Positions 51,836 to 64,000 of a DNA stretch of 64,000 bases are shown here, one piece after another. The notes beneath the pieces are model-generated. The model was not told where the DNA came from, made no database searches, and saw nothing but the letters and a program-made list of their open reading frames with translations. Source of the stretch: Heteronotia binoei (lineage: Eukaryota); assembly GCF_032191835.1 (NCBI RefSeq), contig NC_083232.1, positions 62,062,001 to 62,126,000 on the forward strand, written 5' to 3'. Numbering within the stretch: position 1 is the first letter of the stretch; every line of letters starts with the position of its first letter. Made by a program: the position numbers and the translations under genes.

Positions 51836-52891
51836 ATTCCATCAGTGAAAGAAGTGCGCTCTACTTCCTTCAAGTATTTGAATGGCTCGGAAGTCTCATT
51901 TTTTCGCCATAGCTTTCTACCGCTGTTAAAGTGGACAGCGAAATGGATAGTTTTGCAGCAGCTGTGCTTAGTGAATTGTACCTCAAGTAATCATCCTATA
52001 TTACAGAGTAATAAAAGGCCCAAGAGGAGAGCCGTTTATCTTGCAAAGAAAGGAAGAAGACTCTTTCTCTCTCCTTCTCTCTGTATGGGAAACAATGCTT
52101 CAGATAAAGTCTTGATCTTTTGATGTAAAAAGAAAAATAATGCAGTAAAAATAAGAAGCTAATCTCCAAATAATTACTTTGTTTATTCTTTATTTGGATA
52201 CAACTGAGTTTCATTCTGCAGTTTCTCAGTTTCTTTCTTTCACAGATGTCTAGTGTTATCTGTTAGAGCTTCTTGTGAAACAACTAATATGCAGAATACT
52301 CCAAATATAAAAATTCTTCCAAGGCAAATGCAATTGCCTCTTCTCCCAAGGTTCTTCTTTATTTGTTTGTTATTATTACCTCCTTCTGTGCAATGAGAAA
52401 ACTAGCACACTCTTCACAAAGCGAAATACAGATAATTAAAGCATGATAGTTGGATGGGAACTTTTGTCTGGGGATGTCCTCTGTAAAGGGCAGGTTTTGA
52501 ATCCAACCATATCTGTCTACAACATTGTCTCACAGTAATTTAGATGCTGTTATTAAAAGATTACATAAAATAAACAAGAGCAAATGGGCACCCTGGACAA
52601 TATATTTTTGTTCTGAGAGGTTTTTTTACTGCTATGGTAGATGTTAAGTTCCAAGGAAACAAAAAGATTGTTTAACATCTACCACAGCAGTAAAAAGCTT
52701 TCAGAACAAGAATGTGACTTCCAAACTGTTCAAAAAGTGAGATTGTCATTGAAAGACAATCTCACATTTTGACATACTGTTTTGTTGCTTTCACATGCTC
52801 ATGCTACTCAGATCAAAGGGCAAGGTTTGTTCAATTTGTTAATTTTATTTCATATTGCTGTTTTGTTGCTTTCACATGCTCATGCTACTCA

Positions 52892-52999
52892 TAAGAACAT
52901 AAGAACATAAGAGAAGCCATGTTAGATCAGGCCAATGGCCCATCCAGTCCAACATTCTGTGTCACACAGCGGCCAAATATATATATATATATATATATA
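52892..52999 (-). mobile_element. CR1 extreme 3' end (~110 bp)
   Basis: TAAGAACATAAGAACATAAGAG tail; flanked by ACTCA on both sides. Confidence 0.85.
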
Positions 53000-53174
53000 C
53001 ACTCAGATAAAAAGGTTTGCTCAATTTGTTAATTTTACTATTCTGTCATTATACCATTTTACATTCTAAACTACAGCCTACCAGATAATTTTACTTCACT
53101 GTCATTGGTTCTTAAATCTGTACCATGTTGCATACTGGGCCACTGCCTACCAGCTATGTATGGCTTTGCTCACT

Positions 53175-53320
53175 GTGCTGGATTCCTCATCTGATGAAGT
53201 GTGTTTAAGAGCGCACGAAAGCTTACGTTCTAAATAAAAACTGGTTGGTCTTAAAGGTGAAACTTGACTCCTGCTTTGTTCAGCTGCTTCAGACCAACAC
53301 GGCTACCCGCTTGGAAGCAT
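53175..53320 (+). mobile_element. Penelope-like element terminal fragment
   Basis: CTGATGAAG..CACGAAAGCTT..GGTCTTAAAGGTG..CAGACCAACACGGCTACC. Confidence 0.6.
53186..53230 (+). ncRNA. Minimal type I hammerhead ribozyme-like motif (probably decayed)
   Basis: CUGAUGA-(A)-GUGUG..CGCAC-GAA-AGCU-U; self-complementary AGCU helix III; helix I has mismatches. Confidence 0.45.
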
Positions 53321-54304
53321 TAACCAGATTAGTAATGGAATCCCATTAACACACCTATGAGTCAGATCATTGGGCTGTCAAACCCAGTACTTTCTACTTT
53401 GACTAGCAGTAGTTCTGCAGTTCTTCTCAAGATGAGATATTTTTCATAACATGTTACCTGATCTTTTGAACTGCAGGTACCAAAGACTGACACTGACACC
53501 ATTTGGGTGCCAAACAGATGTTCTGTCCCTGAGCTATAACTCCAGTCCAACTTAACACTCTTGCGGAAGACTGTCTCAATGTTGGGGAAGACTGTCCCAA
53601 CCACAGAAACAGCCTTGTATTAGCTAAGATGAAAATGACACACAGAGCAGGGTTTCAGATTATATCTGCAGCATCTGGGCAGGTTTATGTGGGAGAATAG
53701 CTAGACTGTTGACTTGATTTTGTTTCTTTTTCCCTATTCTATTTCAAGATGATAGCATCTATGTGTCAGAAAAATTATGGACTCATAGAAAGAAATGCAC
53801 TTACCCACCAGAAGTGGACACTGAAACAAAGAGCTATTTTAGATGTGCCCAAGGAGTTGCAGAGGTGTGTTTTTTTTAACTTTCCCCCTGATTTGCTAAA
53901 ATGCAAAAGTTTTAGTGGACATATGGGGCATCCATACATATGAGACTGTCTCACTTTAATGGCAAGCTGAAGGTCAATATCTATGGTTAGTGTCAGAAGC
54001 ACATCCCAGTGCCCTGCACTGACAGATCTACATAATGTTCTACCAATAGTTGAGTATCCACCATAATATAACCACTTATTTTTGGCTGCTGGGAATAGGG
54101 CCAACAGATATTAATTGGCTTGCCAAACCAAACTGGAAACCAAAGGACATATATTCTTCTAATCTAACATTTTTATTTATTTATGCTCCTTTATTCATAC
54201 CCCATACCCATATAGTGCAGGAAACTACTAGTTTTCCACTGGTGGTAGACAACCCTGTAAATGTGGGCAATGACACTTCCCTCCAAGGAACTACATGCTT
54301 CATT

Positions 54305-54650
54305 TAATTGTGAGAAAGGGAGAAAAGTACTTCTTTCTCTACCTTCTCTATCCCATTCATAATCCTGTAAACCTCTATCATGTCACCCCTCAGTCGACGT
54401 TTCTCCAATCTAAGGAGCCCCAAGCGTTTTAACCTTTCTTCATAGGGAAAGTGTTCCAACCCTTTAATCATTCTAGTTGCCCTTTTCTGCACTTTTTCCA
54501 ATGCTATAATATCCTTTTTGAGGTGCGGGGACCAGAATTGCACACAGTATTCCATATGAGACCGCACCATCGATTTATACAGGGGCGTTATGATACTAGC
54601 TGATTTGTTTTAAATTCCTTTCCTAATAATTCCCAGCATGGCGTTTGCCT
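54305..54650 (-). mobile_element. CR1 RT fragment
   Basis: MVRSHMEYCVQFWSPHLKKDIIALEKVQKRATRMIKGLEH. Confidence 0.9.
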
Positions 54651-54943
54651 GGTGTCAACAAGAAGAGATTGGATAATCAAACACAAAGCTGATAATAAGG
54701 TTGTGGGTTTTTTAGGAGAGCAGTTTCACAGAATAATATAACAGTTAGTTGCTCTCAGTCAGCTTTAGTTATACTATTATAAAGATACTATATGTAACTA
54801 GTTCCACCCCCTTTATGTACATTGCATTGAAAGCAAGTCACCAAGGATAGAGAGCATCCATATTCAGTGCATGCATGTGTACATTTGGACATATCCTCTT
54901 TATCCCATGGTTCCTGATACTGAAAACAGACAGTGTGTGGAAG

Positions 54944-55412
54944 CAGGGCCAGCGCTGGGTTTTCTGCCGCTGGAGGCAGACCCCAGCTCAGTGCCCACCA
55001 CACGCATCTTCTTTTAAAAAAAACATTTGGATGCACGCTGTGCACACGAGCACAGCACGATGATGTCACAAAAAGTGACATCATCGAGCAGCCCCTCTCA
55101 CCCTCAAGCTCCCAGACGTATCCCGCGCTGGATGCAAGCCCCTTCCCTCACTCAGCCTTCCTACAACGCAGGAAAGCTGATTGGGGGGTGGAGGAGCCGA
55201 CGGTCACCTCCCACAGGATGCCCTTCCCTGGCTCAGCACAAGAAGACTGATTGGGGGGAGAAGGAGCCGACGGTCACCTCCGCAGCACCTTTCAAGGCAC
55301 ATGGGACGCGAGCCCCGGCCTGGCTTATGGGGGGAGGCACCCAGTGGCGCCTCCAGGCGGGGTGGTGCCCTAAGCGGCTGCCTACCCCGCCTACTCCCAC
55401 GCACCAGCTCTG
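54944..55412. mobile_element. hAT-type MITE with an internal ~70-bp tandem duplication
   Basis: CAGGGCCAGCGC / GCACCAGCTCTG ends; TSD TGTGGAAG / TGAGTAAG (6/8). Confidence 0.65.
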
Positions 55413-56617
55413 TGAGTAAGCCTGCTTTTATATGGTGGTGTCCTTAGATGGATGAGTGTGAATGAATATCACACTGCTCTCATGAAATTCTCCCCCCCCC
55501 CCCACTCCCATCATATCTTCTCTTTGGTCAAGTTACTTTTGGGCTTCATTTAAAAGAAAAAAAATCTGCTTTTATTGCACACAGGAATAATGTTAATGCA
55601 TTTTCACCACAGACTTTGAAGAGACAAGAACTGTAGTTAGATTCAAGAAATCTGTTCACTATCATCCTTAGTGGTACAAAAAGGGGGTTAATTAAGAAAA
55701 GAAGGAACAGGAATGGTTTTTTTGTTCCAATATTTATTTTGTTTTTTAAAAATCAGGAAAGGCAATGGGGAGAGAAAATAGCATGCTCTTATTAATTAAA
55801 ATTGCATTAAGTCAATATATGACTTTTTGCAAGAAGAAGAGAATGCTACTGTACGTTTCTGGAACTTACAAATGTTAATACTGGAAATAGCTGTTAATCA
55901 AAAGGGGGCTTCAGCAGTAAAGGCTTTTATAGCTCTTGTAATTATCATGCCTTCCCCCTTGAGACAAAATGAAACAACCAATTATATTTGAGCTTGGTTT
56001 CCAGGGAGATGCCACTTTGGTCTCAGGTGATGCTGGTACTAACAAGAGAGGTAACATTTTCCCTTTTAAAAATGCATCATTACTGTAGATGGGCTTATAT
56101 CTACATTCTTGGTGATAACATGTACCATCCCCAAAACACAACAATCATACCTTACAATAAGCCTGGTCAGGTCTTTTTGACATTGGTAGACAGATAGGGG
56201 GACTGATGATGCTGATGATGTTAAGGGGTGAGGGCCTGTTTTGTATCTTTCTTTTATTGTCATATCTTTTGACATCTACCTATGTAGCCTGTAGCATAAA
56301 TGAGGTATAAATACTGCTGATCATTGATTGTTTGTGGCTGCCAGGTGATTGCTCCATTAGAGCCTCAGATGACAGCCAAAGAGATCTATTTTGTGCATAC
56401 TTAGAAATATTTTTCTAAGTATGCACATGAAGTGGCCAACTAAGTCTATGATGCTGCCGCAGGGAGGCACAAAAGCATGGCAAGCAAGAGGGGAAAGCAT
56501 TAAGTAACCTATTGTTCATTGCACTGCACAGGCAGCCTTTCCTCTTTCCCTACCCCTAAGTCTGGTGCCTCCAATTATCTGAGAGGGATGGGTACAAAAC
56601 CACCCCTGCCACTCTTT

Positions 56618-57216
56618 GGCCCTGTTCAGACGCACAGTATAATCAGTTGTCGCTGTTGTTTCATACCGGATTAAAAGTGACTGATCAGACAGCAACATCT
56701 GCCTCTTGGTATTAACTCATGGTAGCCTCCTCCAATCCTTCTCAGAGCCAGAGTATTTTGTTACCTGCTCCTTTGCGGTGTTTTTTGAGTTCTCTGGTTT
56801 CACCTTGTAGTTTCTCCGTCTGGATAGTTCTTGATCAACTTCCAGATGTCTGAAGGCTGTCCCAGAGCAAAAGGAGCCTCAGACATTCGGTTTACGGTCG
56901 CCATTTTTTTTTTTTTTTTGCTACTTAGCGATATGCACATAGTCGCATAACCACATAATGGTTTAACCTATGTGCATGCATGCATACGCATGCATGCATA
57001 ATGTGTGCATGCACATAGTGCACGTGTGCGCATGTGCGTAATAGTGGAGAAAAAAAGAACTGCATGGTTCCATCATGTGGACAGCAGAAGACAGTTTCAC
57101 TGCGGAGTGATTCGAATTGCAGTATGGCAGTCTGATTGATAATATCTGGAACAAAGATATTCAGAGCAGAACCGGGTCAGTTTAACAGGAACTCAACATG
57201 CTGTGTGAACAGGGCC
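56618..57216. mobile_element. PIF/Harbinger-like MITE
   Basis: TIR GGCCCTGTTCA(G/C)AC at both ends; 3-bp TTT flanks. Confidence 0.65.
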
Positions 57217-60200
57217 TTTGAGTTGAGACAGATTTCCTGTATGAACAATGCAATCCAATAATAGATTGCTACAGCACAATGATGTTCTCTGATGAGTAGA
57301 TGTAGCCATTGCTGATTCAATATCAACTTCTTTTAAGAACAGAACATTTCTAACTTTTTGAACTGATAATGTAAATTGTGTTAGGATTTTTTTTTTAAGT
57401 CTTTCTCTGTTGACCAGTCCTTTGCAGTCAGACGGGGGGAGGCAAGAAAAAAAACCCACCAGAGAAATGTTGTGATTTCACAATTTTATTTAATAAGCTG
57501 CTGCACATGGATATCATATCATGATGCATTGCTGGACTTTATTAGCCAGCACTGAATTAGCTTTTTCACACTGAAGCATTTCATCGTGCTATTTTATTGG
57601 CTGTTACTGTCACTACGTAAAGAACTGACTAAGGAATGATGTACTAGGTTTGGACAGGCTGACAGTTCTCGAAGACTTGTAAAAGAGATGTCTGCAGCAC
57701 TCAAGCAAATCTGAAGTTCATCGAAGGGCAGAGGCAGTTGTGAATCTCAGCTGGGGAGAGAGAATGAAAGGCAGGGGAAAAGCTAGGACGGAACAACTAG
57801 GTATGTTTTAAAAAACATCCAGCTCTATCATTTATATGGCCGTTTCAAAGTGAGGAATATTGAAATAGTCTAACCTTTAATGTGGTTTGAAGCAGAACGG
57901 CCCCACTGATCCACAAGTGCTGTTCAGTTCTGGCCTTTGAGGCATTTAAGCACCAACAACTATCCTGGCCTCCATGCAGTTATATGTTACATTTCCAGCC
58001 CACCTCACCCCTGGAGAGATTTATGTCTTCTTTGGTATGCAGCCACTGGTTGGCAATTTGGGAATACCCTCCAAAAAGTTCTCTTCTACAGTGCTGATAA
58101 AAGGCTTTACTTTCTACCCACATTTCCTGCTACCCACTGATTGGTTGCCACAGAATTGGCTTCCTGCACTTGCACACTCCAGGGGAAATAGTGAGACAGT
58201 TCCAACTACTCCCCTTCCCTTGGTGGCCATTTCAAATAATGTCTTCCAATGGTAGAAGTCTATGTGGTATGGAGAACAGCTACCTCCAGTAACAAATATG
58301 TTAAGAGAAAAAAGTTCAAAAACATATCCTGCTTAGCAACAGAGTGAGCAAAGAAGACAAGCACACATTCTTCTGGCAGCCATCAAGTGGTGGTCTGGTG
58401 TGATAGCTCCTTTCTCCGGGTGGTGTCAGCCAAAATGAACCCTTCTCCCTCCATGTCAAGGGATATTATCTGATCTGTTTTGGCCACCCCCTTCTAAGTC
58501 AAAGACTCCTCTCCTGAAATGAGGGATATGCCCATCTATTTCCTTCCCTCATACCTACCGAGGCACTGTGCCCTCTCTAAGTGTCAGATTCTAGCCAAGA
58601 TGCATCTACAAAGCTTTGATGGATGGTACTTGCTAAAGCTATTGACAAGACAAGGGGTACTTTGGAGCAATAGAATTCCCCATTCCCTCCAGTCTTTAGT
58701 TAACTGAGAAAAACTTTTAAACCAGAGGGGAGGGGGGCAGAATTTACGGAGCCTAAAACACAAAATAAAATGTTTGTCTCCACAAGTTTAATCTATCCCA
58801 GTACTTTCCTTTTGATAGTGAGATGTCAAGGAAACTTCTCAACATCAAATTGCAAAAATGACACGTGCATAAAATATTTGTATTGCTTCTTGTGAAAAGC
58901 AGGATCAGATTCACATTCTTCAGTGTTCACGAACAGTTGACTCACACTGAGCGGACCCATACAAGCAATGCTTGTATTACTCTCCAACCAGTCATGTAAA
59001 TCTCCATGGGAGTATCAAAGCCCTGTAAGAGCTTTGAATCATGGTCATATAATCCCAGTTTGCCCTGTCCTTCATGTACATGGATTAAATCTGCAAGCAT
59101 TTGAATAAGTCTTCTAAAATATTATACAGCTATTGATTATTTTGCTGCTCTGGGCTTTTTCTTACTATCATCAAAAATAAGCTGAGGGCAATAATTATCT
59201 GCCAGATCCATAAAAAAAGTGTTGAGAGGTAATATTGAATACTATTTGTAAAAATATATCAAGTAGCATGATTTTATGCATTTTACAATGTAATATTAAA
59301 CTGAGGAAAACCTTTCTAAACCCTTTGGCTTCCCCACTTCCTCTGATTTTCTCATCCTACAGGGGTAGTCCAAGTGATTCTGGGACCCTGGGCCAAAGTC
59401 TAGGATAGGACCCCAGAAACACTGTCACCCCACCCCCACTGTCCCCCAACTAAGGCCAAGCAAGGAGTGGTCCTGGTTCCATGTGAGGTAGGCAGCAGCC
59501 ACCAGTTGCCCAAGCTCTAGACAGGACAGGTACAAGTAGCAGCAGGAGCCCAATCTTTTTTCTTCTCCCCCCTGCAGTCAGCTCCACCCAAGCATGTGGC
59601 CTGGAACAGCTGCCTTGTTGTCCTTTGGCTAAGACCATCCCTGCCATCATGTGGGAGACCTCTGACTTTCTGCCTTTAAAAAAAAGTTATTATTGGATAT
59701 CCTTTTCCCCCTGTGAATTCCATTTTAGGGGGCAATTGAGCTGCATTGGGAAGTTACATTCCACAGACAGCAAGCTTGCGAAATTCAATGCAGAGTTGAA
59801 GCCATTGACTTCTACAAAGAGTATAAGAACATTTTTGTGTGTATACTACTGTGTGTATGTTTAACCGAGAAAACTTTTACAACCCTCCTCCATAATCTCC
59901 CACTCTCTAGTTTTCTTTTTTAAAAAGCAGGAAAATGTGCTTTTGCTCAGTCAGGCAACCATTCTCAATACCCCCTGTAAAAAAAAAAAAATATTTTCAA
60001 GCCTTAGAAACAGGTGCATAATAGGGATGGTAGAAGATCAAGATAAAGTACAGAAAGTATGTGATTACCACCTGACTCTTTTTTTATACTTGATGATCGG
60101 TCAGCCTCACTGATTGTGGGATTTAGGGTTTAGTGTATAGTATTTAAGCACCATGTCTTCAAACCATTTTCTGAAATTACATCAAGGTTGACATTCTGCA

Positions 60201-62265
60201 TGCTGAGATGCAACTGCAATTTCACGCAATCTGCATGAGTAGTCAAGCAGAGGAGCACATTGATCAGAGGTCCAGGGTCCATGAGTTTGAGTGATCTTTT
60301 AGCGAATATCCTTGGCATTTCCTTTGCTACTAACACATTACATTGTCTGTAATAGTCTTCTGAAAACTTGTGATTATGAAAGTATTTTCAAATATCTAGT
60401 AAAATATATATTTGAAAAAGCTACACAATATCCAAGTGATCTAGAGCCAGCCAAAAACTACATCTGAAAAACCATTTGCCAAGATTTCATCAAACTTTAA
60501 GAACATTAAAAACAGCTCTGTTGGATTGCACTGAGGTTTTATCTAGGCTTCTTCTGGCTTCCCCTTAGAGCACACTTTGACATGACCAAGAATCAGTTCT
60601 GCTTAGAGATAAGAGTTGTGAAGGCAGAGATGAAATTCCCAAGTCACCTTGGACCATATTGGCTTGGGGCCAGTTCTCTCAGCTGCTAGTTTCTCTCCTT
60701 CTATTTCTTATACTTTCACAGATGTACCAAGCTGGGAAGGGGAGGAGCAGAGGAAGCAAAACTGCAGACGAGACTAAAGCTGGAGAATGTCTAAGCTATT
60801 ATCTAGGATGTGGCATTTTTAATTCTTCTTGATCCTTCAACTGGGAGGAAAAAGAAACAAAGAAAAACCCATACAATTCCCAAAGTAGTAAGCGGCAATG
60901 AAGATATGCAGCATGATCAGAAGCCTTGATTATAGGGTGAAAACTGGATAGTTAGGCAAGATCTTGGCTTTTGAGAGTCTTCATTTGTGTCAGTATGGTT
61001 AGAATGGCATGCTATGTCATGGGCCATCCCTGGTTAGCGTGTGTGTGTGTGTGCGTGTGCATGTTTGTGCTTGTGTGTATTATTTCTTGTTCCCACAATC
61101 TATATGTTAGGTAAAGTTAGGTGGGTGGACTGACAAGCAACAATGGAACTGGGACAGGTGCTTCTGGTCTTTGGATAATTGAGGAGTGGGGTTAATTGCA
61201 TTCTGAGGATTTTTACAGAAGGCTTAAATATACTGATCAAGATTAGTAGCTTTTATTTATCACTAGTTCTTCTCTGGTGTTGGATAGAAAGGTTTCAAAA
61301 GAGGAGATAATGTGGCAGGATCAGTGTGTATCTGCATGTTGCTGGGCTGAGGAGCAGGTTTAACTTTTGTGTTTCCTTTCTTCTTCCTTTAGACATGAAT
61401 GCTTGCTGTTCATTCTGATTCAGGGGGACATGGCTGCATTGAGAGCTAAACCTGCCTTTAAAGGGACAGCACAAGATAGCCTGAAACAACTGGGTGGTGG
61501 GAAGCTGGCTGCTCCCTGACACTCAGCAGTTTTTGTGGCTTTTGCATGGAACAGAAAACAGAGGTGTAAAGGGGCTCCAAGTCTGCTCTGTCCACAAACT
61601 GCTTAAAAGTCTATGGAAATTTGTGGTGGTAGACATGTCCACATACTTTGGTTCACAAACCACGAACAGGGCAAACTTTGTAACAAATTTTGCTTTGTGG
61701 TTCAGTTCATGCCCACTCCTACTACAGATTCAGCCCTCTCCAGGATCCACCACCAAATCTCCAGAAATGTCCCAATCTGGAGGTGGCAGCCCTACCTCAA
61801 GGAGATTGCAGTATTGGTACATTATCTCAGGTGTTTTTGTTTGTTTGTTTTTAGTTGAATGAACATTGCTCAGATGTAAATAAACCTCACTCACATCCTA
61901 CTTATCTTAAAGCGTCCTAACTTCTCCTTGACCCATAATACAATTACTGAACTTCTCTGTCTCTCTGTGTATACATGTGTACGTATACACTCTATCCTCA
62001 ACTGGCTTTCTCAGTTTAAAACATAAGAATCTTTCTGACAGACGGATTCAAAAGTCTGCTGCTCACAAATACTAAAAAGGCAGTTGTTCCTTTCTCCTCC
62101 ATACTAAGGCTTCAAATAAGGTACTGCACTTAAAAACAGCCTATCTCGCTCAATATTGTCTATTCTGAAAGACTTGCTCCTCCAAACATCAGGTAGCTGC
62201 CTTTTTACAGGCCTCTTATCCAAGTTCTTTTAACTGGAAATACCAGGGATTGAACCTACTCTACT

Positions 62266-62476
62266 CAGTGCTTCTTTTTTGTAGAAAAAGCCCAGTAGGA
62301 GCTCATTTGCATATTAGGCCACATCCCCTGACATCACCGGTTCTGTATAAGGCAGCTTCATGTGTGTGTTCCTGTGAGATGTTGATTATAGTTGGCTGCT
62401 GGGTCAGGCCAGCCAGAGCCCTGGCCATCTCAGGCAGAGCTCTGCTCCTGTGGGTTCCTGCAGAAAAAAAGCCCTG
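62266..62476. mobile_element. hAT MITE, CAGGGCTTTTT family
   Basis: perfect 8-bp TSD ACTCTACT. Confidence 0.88.
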
Positions 62477-62689
62477 ACTCTACTCCTGTCCACTGTACAA
62501 AATACAGCATCTTTTGTTCACTCACTCATATAAAGGCCCTTTTGACAGAGAACAGCAAGGGACCTTGTCAAGCACCACTGAAGTGTACGCGCATCCCATG
62601 CATCCATCCTCTTTTACTCTACATAACTAGTAAGTCTCAGGGCTCAACCTTTCTTTCTGTGTAACTACATTGTGATAATTTTACATAAG

Positions 62690-62955
62690 GAAAGGAAAGG
62701 TCCCCTGTGCAAGCACCAGTTGTTTCCGATTCTGGGGTGATGTTGCTTTCACAATGTTTTCATGGCAGACTTTTTTACGGGGTAGTTGTCATTGCCTTCC
62801 CCAGTCATCTACGCTTTCCCCCCAGCAAGCTGGGCACTCATTTTACTGGCCTCAGAAGGATGGAGGGCTGAGTCAACCTCGAACCAGCTACCTGAACCCA
62901 GCTTCCACTGGGGATCGAACTCAGGTTGTGACTAGCAGAGCTTAGGACTGCAGTA
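62690..62955 (-). mobile_element. Sauria SINE
   Basis: AAAGGTCCCCTGTGCAAGCACCAG reverse tail, CATTGCCTTCCCCAG core. Confidence 0.85.
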
Positions 62956-64000
62956 CTATAAGAGGTATGTGTTAATAAATTGTTAGAGAGTGTTCTGCCA
63001 GTAACAGATTGGGGTGGGGGGGAGTTGTCACAGATTGGACGACGAGTATGCATTCTTTAGAAAATAGCTGCAAGCGTTGTTCTTCCCATATTAATTACAC
63101 ATTCTTCAGGTATAGCTGTGCCATACACAGTCCTGCAGCTGATACACAGACCTACAGCTGAAACTGACGTATGAAACCACATTTCACTGGTTGGGGAATG
63201 TACTGAAGTTCATCTGGTATTGAGAGACTAAAACATATGCTACGAATTTTGAAGTCACATTAGGAAACACCATTCTGTTTTCTAATGTGACTTCTTCAAA
63301 ATTTGTAGCATATGTTTTTCTGAGATGTGGAGGCATAACATACTATCCACTCTTTCTGCTCTTTGCTCATGAATTTCCTACACCTTTTAATAACCAACTC
63401 TGTGTATTTTTAATAGACTGCAGTGCTTACAGGGGGAAGGGGTCAGAACAGTCAGTTATTTTAAAAGTAGATAACTGCAAGTGGTAAGGCATCAGTGCAA
63501 ACATGTGCAAGTTAATCTTGTCTGGTGAATAAATGCTGTGAGACTGATTCAGTCCATCTTTACATAAGGTCAGTACCAGCTTTTTCCGCCTGTCATTTTA
63601 TTGTATTTGTCCACAGAAAAAGAGCTAAGTAGCCTCCACATAAGTTATACCTAGATACCAATTTACAGTTTAATTTTTTAAAGCCCAGGCCTGCCGTAAA
63701 ACTGACTGCTCAAGGGGTGAGTTTTCATTTGAAATTTTCCTTTGTTCTCACTGCACCCTGTGTCAGTATCATTTTTTCTCAGTTAAAGTATGAACACTAT
63801 ATTTTTTTTAAAAAAAAAATTGTATTTGACACATATGTAATGCCCTTAAGAGAAACCATCGTGATTGTCAACATGCTGACAATACACCCCTTTAGACTTC
63901 TGTATCCAGATCACCTGAGCCATTGCCTAACTGTTGTGGTTAAATGCCTCAGAGTGCACATGCTTAAACTGAACTTGGCAAGGTTGGCTGGGAAAGCAGA

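Noticed and set aside
44030-57650. CpG-retaining or motif-rich unique segments (~44030-44130, ~50440-50640, ~51840-52000, ~56290-56370, ~57470-57630) as conserved enhancers
   Set aside because: Conservation cannot be judged from one sequence; needs a multi-species alignment.
1-64000. CRISPR array, rRNA, tRNA or prokaryotic defence system
   Set aside because: No repeat-spacer arrays or structural RNA genes seen; tRNA-like boxes belong to SINE heads; the sequence is vertebrate.

Overview
Vertebrate genomic DNA, by its repeat content a squamate reptile (probably a gecko; inferred from Sauria-type SINEs, BovB, CR1 with (TTCTTATG)n tail, L2 and hAT MITEs). I cannot recognise any host protein-coding gene, so the window looks intronic or intergenic, with only weak candidate micro-exons. 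It is dominated by nested mobile-element remnants. These include CR1, L2, L1, a near full-length BovB, an ancient LINE split by an L2, two solo LTRs with 5-bp target-site duplications (TSDs), many hAT/Harbinger MITEs with TSDs, and Penelope-like fragments carrying hammerhead-ribozyme cores. The most interesting signal is a set of tyrosine-recombinase (YR) elements of DIRS/Ngaro type. Two copies (4352-~6700 minus; ~24500-26030 plus) carry a YR + SGNH-hydrolase cassette but no RT/RNase H. A third, ORF-less 693-bp element with the same 3' terminus sits cleanly inside a CR1 with AAG at both junctions. Other notable items are a Gypsy-like solo LTR with an intact proline-rich ORF in U3, a BovB variant with an extended 3' tail, and a hAT MITE containing an array of long palindromes. 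All family assignments come from recognising motifs by eye; no database search was run.
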